NCBI GenBank assembly: GCA_030650025.1
Contig: JAUSEN010000007.1
Coordinates: forward strand, 9,472-73,471
Direction of reading: 5' to 3'
DNA: 64,000 nt
Source of the DNA: Candidatus Magasanikiibacteriota bacterium
Lineage (GTDB): Bacteria > Patescibacteriota > Patescibacteriia > Magasanikbacterales > GWA2-37-8
This document shows positions 17,097 to 26,968 of this stretch, in pieces. The notes beneath the pieces were generated by a model. The model had not been told where the DNA came from and did not search any database. It saw only the letters and a program-made list of their open reading frames with translations. Numbering within the stretch: position 1 is the first letter of the stretch; each line of letters starts with the position of its first letter. A program made the position numbers and the translations under genes.

Positions 17097-17975
17097 ATGG
17101 CCACTAAAAAAAATATGGACAATAATTTTGCTATGCCGGAAAAAGGCGGCGACACGGAAAGCTCCCACTCGCCCGAGTGTTGTGGGGAAAAAAATGTCTG
17201 GCATTTAGAGTTTGGCAGGCAAATTTTGTGGACGCTGTTTGGCATTCTTTTGGTTTACGTTGTTTTTTATGTGGGAGTCTTGACGCGCAATACTATAAAA
17301 AAATACGATTATATCGGCCTCTCCGACCAAATGGAGCGGACCATTGTGGTTAGTGGTTACGGCAAAGTAAACAGCAGTAATGACATCGCTGTTACTAACC
17401 TTGGCTATTCTAACATTGATAGCGACGTGGCCAAAGCGCAATTGGCTAATAAGAAAGTAATGGATCAAGTGCTGGCGGCTCTCAAAAAATTAGGGATTGA
17501 AGAAAAGGATTTGCAAAGCAGTTACTCAATTTATCCGGAATACAACTACACCCCAGAGAAGGGGCAGGAGTTGCGCAGTTACCGAGTTAACAACGAAGTG
17601 TTAGTAAAAATTCGCAATTTGGCCAATATTCCCGCGGTGCTTAATTTGGCCGGCAAGTATGGCGCTAATCAAGTCGGCGGTTTGTCTTTTACCATCGATG
17701 ACCCCAATAATTTGAAAGCGCTGGCGCGAGCCAAAGCGGTTAAAGACGCGCAAGAAAAAGCGGTGGCGCTAGCCAATCAACTGGGTGTCCGGCTCGTGGC
17801 CGTAGTTTCTTACAATGAATATGACGCCGGGCCGATTTACCCGATGCCTTATGCCGCTATGATGAAAAGCGATATGGGCGGGGGCGGGCCCGAAGTCGCT
17901 CCGGCCCAAGTGGCGGCTGGCAGCCAAGATGTGGCCATGAACGTGAATATTGTTTATAGAATTATTTCTCGGTAA
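17097..17975 (+). CDS. SIMPL (DUF541) domain protein
   Basis: TM helix, I.VSG.GKV, AR.KAV.DA..KA..LA..LG. Confidence 0.88.
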   Translation: MATKKNMDNNFAMPEKGGDTESSHSPECCGEKNVWHLEFGRQILWTLFGILLVYVVFYVGVLTRNTIKKYDYIGLSDQMERTIVVSGYGKVNSSNDIAVTNLGYSNIDSDVAKAQLANKKVMDQVLAALKKLGIEEKDLQSSYSIYPEYNYTPEKGQELRSYRVNNEVLVKIRNLANIPAVLNLAGKYGANQVGGLSFTIDDPNNLKALARAKAVKDAQEKAVALANQLGVRLVAVVSYNEYDAGPIYPMPYAAMMKSDMGGGGPEVAPAQVAAGSQDVAMNVNIVYRIISR

Positions 17976-17985
17976 AAATAATGTT

Positions 17986-18014
17986 AAAAGACCCCAGAAT
18001 CTGGGGTCTTTTTT
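17986..18014 (+). terminator. intrinsic terminator
   Basis: AAAAGACCCCAG-AAT-CTGGGGTCTTTTTT. Confidence 0.85.
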
Positions 18015-18084
18015 GTTTAAATAAATTGTGGTATAATTTAATAAAGTTAGATGGGTATAGGATTCATTTTTGACGCGTAATATT

Positions 18085-19332
18085 ATGAAAATTCAGTCTA
18101 TAGAAGCCCGGGAGATTTTGGATTCGCGCGGCAACCCTACCGTGGAAGCCAAGGTGGTTTTGAACGGTGGTAGCGAAGGGAAGGCGGCCGTGCCTTCGGG
18201 GGCCTCGACCGGCGAGCACGAGGACTTAGAATTGCGCGATGGCGGCAAGCGCTATGGCGGTAAAGGCGTTTTAAAGGCTGTAAAAAATGTTAATACCACG
18301 ATTGCTAAGTATTTTAGCAACCGCACAGTTTTAAGCATCCAGGAGCTCGACAAACTGCTCGATAAATTAGATGGCACGGATAATAAGTCTAACTTAGGCG
18401 CGAACGCGACTTTGGCAGTGTCTTTGGCCGCGACTCGGGCGTTCGCGAGCGAAGCTAAATTGCCGCTTTATCGTTATATTAGGCAGGCTTTTCAGATTCC
18501 GTTTAAGGATTATCGTTTGCCAGTGCCAATGATTAATATTCTTAATGGCGGCCGGCACGCGGACAATGGGCTCACGGTGCAGGAGTTTTTAATAATGCCG
18601 CGCCATAAGGAAATGCGCGAACGCGTCAGAATGGGTTCGCAAATTTTTCATTCGCTGGCCAATATTTTGAGCCAAAAAGGTTTTTCTACGGCGGTCGGCG
18701 ATGAGGGCGGCTTTGCCCCCGAACTCGCTAATAATGAACGCGGGCTGCAACTGATTATGGAAGCGATTCGGGCGGCGGGCTTTGAACCGGGCAAGCATGT
18801 GTGGTTGGGGCTAGACGTGGCGGCTTCGGAATTTTATCGCCACGGTAATTATTATTTTTTGGGTAAAAAACAAGGCTGGCGGCCAGAAAAAATGATCCAA
18901 CTGTTAACGGCTTGGGTTAAGAAATATCCTTTGCTTTCGATAGAAGATGGTTTAGCCGAGGATGACTGGAAAAATTGGCAAACGCTCACGCGCGAACTCG
19001 GTAAGAAAGTTTTGCTGGTGGGAGATGATTTGTTTGTTACTAACGTCGATCGTTTAAATCGCGGCATTAAAGAGCGCGTGGCCAACGCGATTTTAATTAA
19101 AGTCAATCAAATCGGGACCCTCACCGACACAGTCGAAGCAGTTAGGCTGGCGCAAACGAGCGGGTATCAAATAGCAGTTTCGCACCGGAGCGGTGAAACC
19201 GCGGATACGTTTATCGCGGATTTAGCGGTGGCCGTGAACGCGGAATTTATTAAAACCGGTTCCATGTCGCGTTCGGAGCGGGTGGAGAAATATAATCGTT
19301 TGATGGAAATAGAAGCGGAGTTGAATGGGTAA
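18085..19332 (+). CDS. eno: enolase
   Basis: DSRGNPTVE, VPSGASTG, SHRSGET. Confidence 0.98.
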   Translation: MKIQSIEAREILDSRGNPTVEAKVVLNGGSEGKAAVPSGASTGEHEDLELRDGGKRYGGKGVLKAVKNVNTTIAKYFSNRTVLSIQELDKLLDKLDGTDNKSNLGANATLAVSLAATRAFASEAKLPLYRYIRQAFQIPFKDYRLPVPMINILNGGRHADNGLTVQEFLIMPRHKEMRERVRMGSQIFHSLANILSQKGFSTAVGDEGGFAPELANNERGLQLIMEAIRAAGFEPGKHVWLGLDVAASEFYRHGNYYFLGKKQGWRPEKMIQLLTAWVKKYPLLSIEDGLAEDDWKNWQTLTRELGKKVLLVGDDLFVTNVDRLNRGIKERVANAILIKVNQIGTLTDTVEAVRLAQTSGYQIAVSHRSGETADTFIADLAVAVNAEFIKTGSMSRSERVEKYNRLMEIEAELNG

Positions 19333-19369
19333 GTAGCCAGATTCGAGCGGGGGGAAGTTTGTTGTATTT

Positions 19370-20965
19370 ATGAACAAAAATAGGAAAAATATTAAACCAG
19401 CGGCGGTGGTGCTGATAATTTTAGACGGTTGGGGCGCGCGTGATTCGAAGGCCAAAGGCAACCCAATAACGCCGAAAAACGCTCCTAATTATTTTAGTTG
19501 GCTAAAAAAATATCCCCATACTACGCTCCAGGCGAGCGGGGAGGAGGTGGGTTTGTTTAAAGGCCAAGAGGGCAACTCGGAAGCCGGGCATTTGAATTTG
19601 GGCGCGGGGAGAGTGGTTAAGCAGGACGCGCGTTATGTAACGGACGCGATTACCGACGGAACGTTTTTTAAAAACAACGCTTTTCATGAGGCGTTTCATC
19701 ATGTCAAAAAATACAGAACCGCCGTGCATGTAATGGGGTTACTCTCTAACCACAACAGCGCGCACTCATGCCCCGAGCATTTGTACGCGCTTTTGGATTT
19801 GTTTAAGCGCGAGGGGCTAAAGAAAATTTACCTGCATTTATTTACGGACGGCCGCGACTCGGGCCAGCATGATGCCCCTACGCATTTAAAAAAATTACGG
19901 GAACATTTTCGCGGAAATGAGAGCATCGCGAGCTTAATGGGCCGGCTTTACGGCATGGATCGCAATAAAAATTGGGATCGCACCAAAGCCGCCTATGAAG
20001 CTTTGGTTTTAGGGAAGGGACTAAAGGCCAAGTCAACGGAAGAAGCGATTTCGCTCGCCTATAACTCGGGGGACAGTGACGAGTTTATTAGGCCGACTAT
20101 TATGGTTGATAAAAATAACAAACCGGTCGCGACGATTAAAGATAACGACGCGATTTTCTTTTTTAATTTGCGCAGTGACCGGGCGCGGCAATTTACTAAA
20201 GCCTTTGTGCAGCCAACGTTTGAACACGAAAATGGCGGCACGTTTAAGCGTCAGAAATTTCCTAAAAATACTCGTTTTGTGGCGATGACGGATTTTGGGC
20301 CGGATTTGCCAAGAGTGTTAACAGCCTTCCCCAGCCGCGATGTCGTGAATAGCCTGCCCTTTATGCTGGATGGACGAGAACAGCTTTATGTGGCGGAGTC
20401 GGAAAAATTCGCGCATATCACTTATTTTTTCAACGGCGGCTACGCGGATCATGGCCGGACAATTCGCTGGGTTAAAGTGGCCTCGAACCGAGTAAAAGAT
20501 TTTAACGTGGATCCGGCGATGAAGTCAGCGGAATTGGCGCATTATATGGTTAAAGCCATCGCGAGCGGCCAGTATGAGTTTATGGCTGTAAATTTTGCTA
20601 ACGCGGATATGCTGGGGCACACGGGTAACATCTCGGCCGCCGCTCTTGGTATTAACGCTCTCGATAAGGCAATCGGCGAGGTGGTTACAGCCGCGCTTAA
20701 GAAAAATAATGTCGTCTGCATTACCGCGGATCACGGCAATGCCGAAGAAATGATTAATCTTAAAACTGGCGAGTTTGATTCGGAGCACTCCGTAGCGGCG
20801 GCGCCATTTTTGCTGATTGCTAACAGGCATCAATATGATTTGATAGGTATGAATAAAAGGGAACGGCTCCGGAGCGGCGGCCGTTTGGCTGATGTGGCGC
20901 CGACGATTCTTAAAATTTTTGGCATTAAACCGCCCAAAGAAATGACCGGGAAATCTTTATTCTAA
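19370..20965 (+). CDS. gpmI: 2,3-bisphosphoglycerate-independent phosphoglycerate mutase, paralog 1
   Basis: ILDGWG, GNSEAGH, DGRD, ADHGNAE. Confidence 0.95.
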   Translation: MNKNRKNIKPAAVVLIILDGWGARDSKAKGNPITPKNAPNYFSWLKKYPHTTLQASGEEVGLFKGQEGNSEAGHLNLGAGRVVKQDARYVTDAITDGTFFKNNAFHEAFHHVKKYRTAVHVMGLLSNHNSAHSCPEHLYALLDLFKREGLKKIYLHLFTDGRDSGQHDAPTHLKKLREHFRGNESIASLMGRLYGMDRNKNWDRTKAAYEALVLGKGLKAKSTEEAISLAYNSGDSDEFIRPTIMVDKNNKPVATIKDNDAIFFFNLRSDRARQFTKAFVQPTFEHENGGTFKRQKFPKNTRFVAMTDFGPDLPRVLTAFPSRDVVNSLPFMLDGREQLYVAESEKFAHITYFFNGGYADHGRTIRWVKVASNRVKDFNVDPAMKSAELAHYMVKAIASGQYEFMAVNFANADMLGHTGNISAAALGINALDKAIGEVVTAALKKNNVVCITADHGNAEEMINLKTGEFDSEHSVAAAPFLLIANRHQYDLIGMNKRERLRSGGRLADVAPTILKIFGIKPPKEMTGKSLF

Positions 20966-20967
20966 AT

Positions 20968-22551
20968 ATGGCTTATCAGTATAAACCAGTGACATTAATT
21001 ATTTCAGATGGGTGGGGAGTGGCGCCGGACAGCGAGGGTAACGCCATCACTCGGGCCAAACTGCCTAACTTTAATTATTATAAAAATAATTATCCGGCCA
21101 TGACCATCCACGCCTCGGGGAACGAGGTCGGCCTTTTATTTGGCGAGATTGGGAACTCGGAGGTGGGGCACCTTAATATTGGCGCCGGGAGAGTTTACTA
21201 CCAATCTTGCCCGCGCCTTAATCAGGCTATTCAGGACAATTCTTTTTTTGAGAATAAAGCATTTTTAAACGCTATCGAGCACGTGAAAAAAAATGACAGC
21301 CAGCTTCATCTTATTGGGATGCTATCAAACGGCAATGTCCACTCCAGTAATGAGCATATTTTTGCTTTACTCGATTTATGCCGGCGGCAGGGCCTGGGGA
21401 AGCAGGTGTTTGTGCATGTGATTTTGGACGGCCGTGATGGTAGCTATAACGCCGGCCAAGGCTTTGTGGCCGCGCTAGAAGCCAAGATGGCAGAATTTAA
21501 AGTGGGGAGCATAGCGAGCATATCGGGTCGTTTTTACGCGCTGGATCGCGATAATCGTTGGGAGAGGGTGGAGGCGGCCTTCCGAGCCATGGCCGAAGGA
21601 AAGGCCGCGACCACCGCTACCGAGCCGAGCGCCGCGATCGCGGCCGCTTATGCCCTTAAAAATTATGATGAGGAATTTGTGCCGACCGTGATTATTAAAA
21701 ACGGGCAGCCTGTAGCCACGGTGGCAGAGGGGGACAGCGCGATTTTTTTTAACTTTCGTCCGGACCGAGCGCGAGAATTGACCAAAGCTTTTGTCTTGCC
21801 CGGTTTTAACAAATTTCCTCGCGCTTATATTAAAGATTTATATTTTGTTACCATGATGGAATACGAAAAGGATTTGCCGGCGCTGGTGGCCTTTGAATCT
21901 ATCGTAGTGAAAAATTCACTCGCCGAGGTGGTGAGCGCCGCGGGGCTTAAGCAATTTCATGCGGCGGAAACCGAGAAATACGCGCACGTTACGTTTTTTC
22001 TCAATGGCACGGTGGAGTCGGCTTGGCCGGGCGAAGATAGAGTTTTAATCCCTTCGCCGCACGTGGCGAGTTACGCGGAAGCGCCCGAGATGTCCGCGCG
22101 CGAAGTCGCCAAAGCGGCGACCAAGGCCATTGATAGCGGCGTCTATAATTTAGTGGTCATTAATTTCGCGAACGCTGATATGGTGAGCCACACCGGGGAT
22201 TTGGCCGCCACTATTAAAGCCTGCGAGGCAGTTGACCAGTGCTTGCGCGATGTCATTGACCACACGCTAGCCCAAGGGGGCGCGGCTGTGATTACCGCTG
22301 ATCATGGCAACGCGGAAGAGATTATAAATTTACAAACCGGGGAAATAGATAAAGAGCATTCTACCAACGCGGTGCCCTTTATTATTGTTAGTAAAGAATT
22401 CCAGGGTATGGCGGGCCCGAACGGCGACGCCCCAGAAGGTGATTTGAGTCTACTCCCGCCCGCTGGTGTTTTGGCCGATGTGGCGCCAACAGTTTTAGCT
22501 TTGATGGGTTGTAATAAGCCTTCAGAAATGACCGGCACGCCATTAATTTAA
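20968..22551 (+). CDS. gpmI: 2,3-bisphosphoglycerate-independent phosphoglycerate mutase, paralog 2
   Basis: DGWG, GNSEVGH, DGRD, ETEKYAHVT, ADHGNAE. Confidence 0.95.
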   Translation: MAYQYKPVTLIISDGWGVAPDSEGNAITRAKLPNFNYYKNNYPAMTIHASGNEVGLLFGEIGNSEVGHLNIGAGRVYYQSCPRLNQAIQDNSFFENKAFLNAIEHVKKNDSQLHLIGMLSNGNVHSSNEHIFALLDLCRRQGLGKQVFVHVILDGRDGSYNAGQGFVAALEAKMAEFKVGSIASISGRFYALDRDNRWERVEAAFRAMAEGKAATTATEPSAAIAAAYALKNYDEEFVPTVIIKNGQPVATVAEGDSAIFFNFRPDRARELTKAFVLPGFNKFPRAYIKDLYFVTMMEYEKDLPALVAFESIVVKNSLAEVVSAAGLKQFHAAETEKYAHVTFFLNGTVESAWPGEDRVLIPSPHVASYAEAPEMSAREVAKAATKAIDSGVYNLVVINFANADMVSHTGDLAATIKACEAVDQCLRDVIDHTLAQGGAAVITADHGNAEEIINLQTGEIDKEHSTNAVPFIIVSKEFQGMAGPNGDAPEGDLSLLPPAGVLADVAPTVLALMGCNKPSEMTGTPLI

Positions 22552-22608
22552 AAGTTAAGTAACAAGTGTTTGTTCTCTAAAAATAAATTTAGGGGGTATT
22601 TTTTTTAC

Positions 22609-22617
22609 TTATCCACA
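22609..22617 (+). promoter_or_regulatory. consensus DnaA box just upstream of the TTGACA of the Tad operon promoter
   Basis: TTATCCACA; TTGACA at 22626. Confidence 0.55.
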
Positions 22618-22672
22618 GGCTTGATTTGACAGGTATACTTTTAAAGTGTACTTTTTATGTATACATTAATCT

Positions 22673-23002
22673 ATGTTGCGTATCTACAAAACCAAGGGGT
22701 GTATGGAAAGGTCGCTTGGTTTAATCGGGCGCAAACAGCTAAAGCCAGGCGAGGCGCTTTATTTCGCGCGCGTTAAGCGAATTCATACTTGGTTTATGAA
22801 GTACTCGATTGACGCGGTATTTACCGGTCTTGATGAGCGCGTTTTAAGCGTGCAAACTCTGTTCCCTTGGAAAATTTCGAGTCGCGTGCCGCGCGCCTTT
22901 CACTGCTATGAATTGTTAGCAGGAGAAGCCGTGCGATTAGGAATTGTATCAGGGCAACGGCTTTGGTTAGACAGCGAGTTATATGTTGCAAACTTGGCTT
23001 AA
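22673..23002 (+). CDS. DUF192 family protein
   Basis: R..GL.GR..L..GEAL.F, IHTWFM.YSID.VF; family often found at Tad loci. Confidence 0.85.
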   Translation: MLRIYKTKGCMERSLGLIGRKQLKPGEALYFARVKRIHTWFMKYSIDAVFTGLDERVLSVQTLFPWKISSRVPRAFHCYELLAGEAVRLGIVSGQRLWLDSELYVANLA

Positions 23003-23141
23003 AGACGAATCAGGGCAGACTTTGTCCGAGTATGGCCTACTAGTCGCGGTTATTGCCGTGGCTATTGTCGGCGCGGTGGTAGTGTTTCGAGACAAAATTC
23101 AGGGTGTGTTTACCACCGCCGGAGACGCTTTAAGCAAATAG
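22983..23141 (+). CDS. flp: Flp family type IVb/c pilin (52 aa; absent from the ORF track)
   Basis: Translated by hand: MLQTWLKDESG|QTLSEYGLLVAVIAVAIVGAVVVFRDKIQGVFTTAGDALSK, with the G|xxxxEY Flp motif. Confidence 0.93.
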   Translation: MLQTWLKDESGQTLSEYGLLVAVIAVAIVGAVVVFRDKIQGVFTTAGDALSK

Positions 23142-23190
23142 TAACTACCCCCCAATTTATTTTTGGGGGGAGACTATTATTTGTTTACAA

Positions 23191-23257
23191 CGCCGCGCTT
23201 CAATGGTCGTTCGCGACATCGCGAGAGACGTTGCACGGCACGATTTCGTTAAATCGT
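23191..23257 (+). promoter_or_regulatory. start-codon-abutting structured element, copy 3
   Basis: GCCGCGC-TTCAATGG[extra hairpin]GACGTT-GCACGGC-ACGATTT-CGTT-AAATCGT-ATG. Confidence 0.75.
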
Positions 23258-23698
23258 ATGCACATGAATAAGTGGCTAAAAAATAATTCTGGGCAAGCGC
23301 TGGCGGAAACAGCGCTTATTTTGCCGATTCTAATTTTTATATTGATGGGAATTTTTGTGGTCGGTTATTGGTTATACGCGCGCCAAGTAGTGATCGCGGC
23401 GGCGCGAGAGGGGGCGAGGATCGGTTCGCAAAGCGGAGACTGGGCCACGCTCGATGAGGCGGCGCGCATGGTTTTAAAAACTCTTGATGGGCGCCCGGAA
23501 AGTGAACGCATTAATATTACAGCTGTCACGGAACCGGACAATATTAGAGGCAGTACCCTGATTGTTGAGGTGAGTTATAAAATTCCGTTTAGCTTTAATT
23601 TTTTTAAAAATGCTTATGCGGAAAAAAATGAACCTTACTTGTTTGGAGAAGTTAGGGAGCAAGCGGTGGCGCGGTTGGAAACAGATTTTGCGGATTGA
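23258..23698 (+). CDS. tadE: TadE-like pseudopilin
   Basis: SGQALAETALILP, AAAREGAR. Confidence 0.9.
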   Translation: MHMNKWLKNNSGQALAETALILPILIFILMGIFVVGYWLYARQVVIAAAREGARIGSQSGDWATLDEAARMVLKTLDGRPESERINITAVTEPDNIRGSTLIVEVSYKIPFSFNFFKNAYAEKNEPYLFGEVREQAVARLETDFAD

Positions 23699-24263
23699 TA
23701 ATGAGGCCGGAGCGAGCCTGGTATTCGTGGTAATGTTCATGCCTATTTTGCTTTTGTTTATGGCGATGATTATAGATTTAGGAGGACTTTTGGTGCAACA
23801 AGAACAGGTTACTAATCTGGCGGATTTAGCGGCCGCGGCCGGCGGCCGGGTAGCCGCCGAGGCAATTGCTTACGCGGCTGGTTTGCGGCACCCGAACCCG
23901 ACCGAAGCAGAAAAGGCCGAGGCCGTTAAGTTTATTTCGCCTCAAGATAGAGAGGAGATTCAAAACGGCACTTACCAGCTGGCGGGAGTGGCTATAAAAG
24001 AGGTGGTGAGTTCAGAAATTACTAAGTACGCGCTCTTGAACGCGCCCTTGCCGATAAATTTTTCTAGTGATAATGATTTGATAATTAATTATATGCCAGA
24101 TTTTAATGATTGTTTAAACGAATTTGATAAAACAGCGGAAATAGAGGCGGGGGCCAAGGCAAAATTTACTTTTTTATTTGGCGGTTTATTAAAAATTTTT
24201 GGGCTGGAACAAGAAAAGATGGTGGCCGCCACGGGGACGTATCAATTACAAATTTGTCCATAG
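23688..24263 (+). CDS. TadG-like pseudopilin/assembly protein (start uncertain)
   Basis: G|ASLVFV hydrophobic helix, IDLG, ADLAAAAG; TTG start overlapping the tadE end. Confidence 0.75.
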   Translation: MRIDNEAGASLVFVVMFMPILLLFMAMIIDLGGLLVQQEQVTNLADLAAAAGGRVAAEAIAYAAGLRHPNPTEAEKAEAVKFISPQDREEIQNGTYQLAGVAIKEVVSSEITKYALLNAPLPINFSSDNDLIINYMPDFNDCLNEFDKTAEIEAGAKAKFTFLFGGLLKIFGLEQEKMVAATGTYQLQICP

Positions 24264-24274
24264 AGTTGCGCTTT

Positions 24275-24943
24275 ATGAAAAAAAATACTCAATTAATAGT
24301 AGCTGGGGTTTTGGCAGTGGTGGCTGGCGCTCTGGCGTATGGGTGGCTGACAGCGCTTGCCAGGGGGCAAGAGTTAGTCTTGGTGGTAGCGTTGGCTCAC
24401 GATGTGGAGAAGCCGGCGATGCTTGGGGAGAGTGATTTTATTTTTATAAAAGTGCCCCGAGCCAGTTTGCCAAACGGCGTTTTATTTAATAAAAACCAGG
24501 CGATCGGCAAAACCTTAAGCCACTCGGCGCCAGAGAAGTATATTTTAAACAGCCGAGATTTTGCTAATCGCCGAGATAGTAGTTCGGAATCCATGCTCGT
24601 GCCGCCAGGATTTGTCGGCATGGTTATTCCGGCCAATTGGCTCGCCGCGCCTTTGCCTAAAATTAAACCGCACGATTTAGTGTCGGTTTTCGCGGCGGTT
24701 CCAATTACTAAACAAGGCGGCGGGGTGTCTCTCCAAGTAGTGTCCGCGGCCGAAGTTTTAGCGGTGCGTAGCGATAAGGATTTAGGGCCGCAAGGAGTGT
24801 ATTTAGCCTTGCCGAGCCCGGTCGCGGAGCGGTTGCTCCAGCTAAAGGCGGCGCAACTACTTCTCCTCATAGTAGCGGAATCCGGTTTAACTAATGTTAC
24901 CGCCAGCCAGATGGCATCAACTTCAGTTGGGTATGGAACATAA
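24275..24943 (+). CDS. cpaB: Flp pilus assembly protein CpaB/RcpC (SAF domain)
   Basis: TM, VVALAHDV SAF-like segment, AEVLAV; operon position. Confidence 0.8.
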   Translation: MKKNTQLIVAGVLAVVAGALAYGWLTALARGQELVLVVALAHDVEKPAMLGESDFIFIKVPRASLPNGVLFNKNQAIGKTLSHSAPEKYILNSRDFANRRDSSSESMLVPPGFVGMVIPANWLAAPLPKIKPHDLVSVFAAVPITKQGGGVSLQVVSAAEVLAVRSDKDLGPQGVYLALPSPVAERLLQLKAAQLLLLIVAESGLTNVTASQMASTSVGYGT

Positions 24944-26072
24944 TAGAGAACAATTACACCAGGCGCTGGTGGCCAGTTTTGAGAAGAGTGGTTTGAATTT
25001 GTCAGCGCTAAGCCCTAGCGAATTGGCAGAGAAAATTAACAGCTTTCTCGAATCAATAGACGAAAGCGCCGCGGATAAACACGCCGCGCCGCTTTTTTGG
25101 CTGGTTACCGGCTTTGGGCCGCTCGAGCCTTTGCTTCAAGACGATACGATTACCGAGATTTTAGTAAATGGGCCCGAGCAAATTTATATTGAAAGAAATG
25201 GCCGGTTAGAAAAATCGGACCGGGTTTTTTCTTCACTCTCGGAGTTAAAAAATATTATCGGGCGCATGGCTAGCTTGGCCGGAAGGCGGATTGATACGGC
25301 CCAGCCCTATGTGGACGCGCGCCTCGCGGATGGCTCGCGCATCAACGCCATTATTCCGCCGCTGTCTCGACCGTGGCCAATTTTGACGATCCGAAAATTC
25401 GCGCGGCAAATGTTTACGCTTTTAGATTTAGTAAAAATGCAAACGATGAGCAACCAGATGGCCGAATTTTTAAAGAGCGCCGTATTAGCGCGGCAAAATA
25501 TTTTGATTTCCGGCAGTACCGGCGCGGGCAAAACCAGTTTACTGAACGCGCTCGCTGCCGCGGTACCCGCCAGCGAGCGCTTAATTGTGATAGAAGATAC
25601 CGCCGAGATTAAGCTTAATCATCCGCATCTCGTAACTCTAGAAGCGCGCCAGAGTAATATGGAGGGCAAGGGCGAAGTTAGCATTCGGGCGCTCTTGCGC
25701 AATGCTTTGCGTATGCGGCCGGACCGCGTAATTATTGGCGAAGTTCGAGGCGGGGAGGCTCTCGATATGCTCCAGGCTATGAATACGGGCCATCAGGGCG
25801 CGGTTACCACCATTCACGCTAACGCTCCACACGAGGCGCTCTTGCGCCTTGAGACCATGGCCATGATGACTGATATTGAGATGCCGCTCCTCGCTATTCG
25901 AGAGCAAATTAATATGGCGATCCGCTATATTCTGCAGATCGAGCGCCTGCCAAGCGGAGAGCGCAAAATGGTGGCGCTAAGCGAGCTGATCAAGCGCCCG
26001 CGCGAGGCGGAATATTTGGTTAAGCCGCTATTTATTTATGATAAAACGCGTCAAGAATTTAAAACCGCCTAA
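24933..26072 (+). CDS. tadA: Tad pilus assembly ATPase TadA/CpaF
   Basis: GSTGAGKTS, LRMRPDRVIIGEVRG, AMNTGH. Confidence 0.95.
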   Translation: MEHNREQLHQALVASFEKSGLNLSALSPSELAEKINSFLESIDESAADKHAAPLFWLVTGFGPLEPLLQDDTITEILVNGPEQIYIERNGRLEKSDRVFSSLSELKNIIGRMASLAGRRIDTAQPYVDARLADGSRINAIIPPLSRPWPILTIRKFARQMFTLLDLVKMQTMSNQMAEFLKSAVLARQNILISGSTGAGKTSLLNALAAAVPASERLIVIEDTAEIKLNHPHLVTLEARQSNMEGKGEVSIRALLRNALRMRPDRVIIGEVRGGEALDMLQAMNTGHQGAVTTIHANAPHEALLRLETMAMMTDIEMPLLAIREQINMAIRYILQIERLPSGERKMVALSELIKRPREAEYLVKPLFIYDKTRQEFKTA

Positions 26073-26101
26073 ATAATACTTTAGTTAGTTACCAGGGATT
26101 T

Positions 26102-26968
26102 ATGAAATGGCTTGTGACGTTGGCGTTTATGGGGTTAAGTTTTATTTTTGTTTATAATTTATTTTATATATTCAGGAAAATATCGAATTTAAATATATTT
26201 GTTTATCACCAGTTTTGGCCGTCCTTAAGCGGGCGCCGCCTTTCATGGTGGGAGCGGACGTTGCTTGTCGCCGGCATGAAAAAAATAATGCGTTTTGAAG
26301 CGGCTGTGATTTTTGGTTTTGTGATTGTGGGAATATTGTTGTTGACAAAGCAATTTGTCTTGGTCGCGGCCGCGCTGGCAGGCGCGATTATACTAATGGG
26401 ATTTATAATTAACCGCGGGCGCGCCAGGAAAAAGCTCTTGATAAAAGAAATTCCCGAGGCGCTCGGCACGCTTTCCGATACCATGAAATCCGGTCTGACT
26501 TTTATTCAGGCTGTTGAGCTTTTAAGCGCGGAATTGCCGGAACCGATGAGAAGCTTGTTTAAGGCGCTGCAACGCGGCAATGAATACCAACTGCCTCTTG
26601 GTACTGCCCTGCTCTCCACGGCGGGGCAGGTTGGTGTGGCGGAGTGGACTTTGGCGGCGCGCGTTTTGGCTCGCCATAGCGAAGCGGGCGGCAATATTTT
26701 ACCAACTCTAGAGGCGCTGGCCGAAGCTTTACGCGACCGCGCCGCGGCGGCCCAAGAGATTAAGTCTTTAACAGCGGCGGGTCGTTTAACTGGCCTTTTA
26801 ATTACCGCTTTAATGCCGATTACCCTGATTTTGTTTAGCGTGCTTAGTCCATCGTATGTGGCCGCGCTATTTACCACCACGGCGGGCAAAATTTCTTTGC
26901 TAGTAGCGGGTAGTTTAGAAGTAATTGGAATTATATGGATATATTTCATACTAAAATTGAGACGATGA
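26102..26968 (+). CDS. tadB: TadB platform protein (T2SSF)
   Basis: IPEAL..LS..MKSG, GGNI..TL, two C-terminal TMs. Confidence 0.88.
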   Translation: MKWLVTLAFMGLSFIFVYNLFYIFRKISNLNIFVYHQFWPSLSGRRLSWWERTLLVAGMKKIMRFEAAVIFGFVIVGILLLTKQFVLVAAALAGAIILMGFIINRGRARKKLLIKEIPEALGTLSDTMKSGLTFIQAVELLSAELPEPMRSLFKALQRGNEYQLPLGTALLSTAGQVGVAEWTLAARVLARHSEAGGNILPTLEALAEALRDRAAAAQEIKSLTAAGRLTGLLITALMPITLILFSVLSPSYVAALFTTTAGKISLLVAGSLEVIGIIWIYFILKLRR

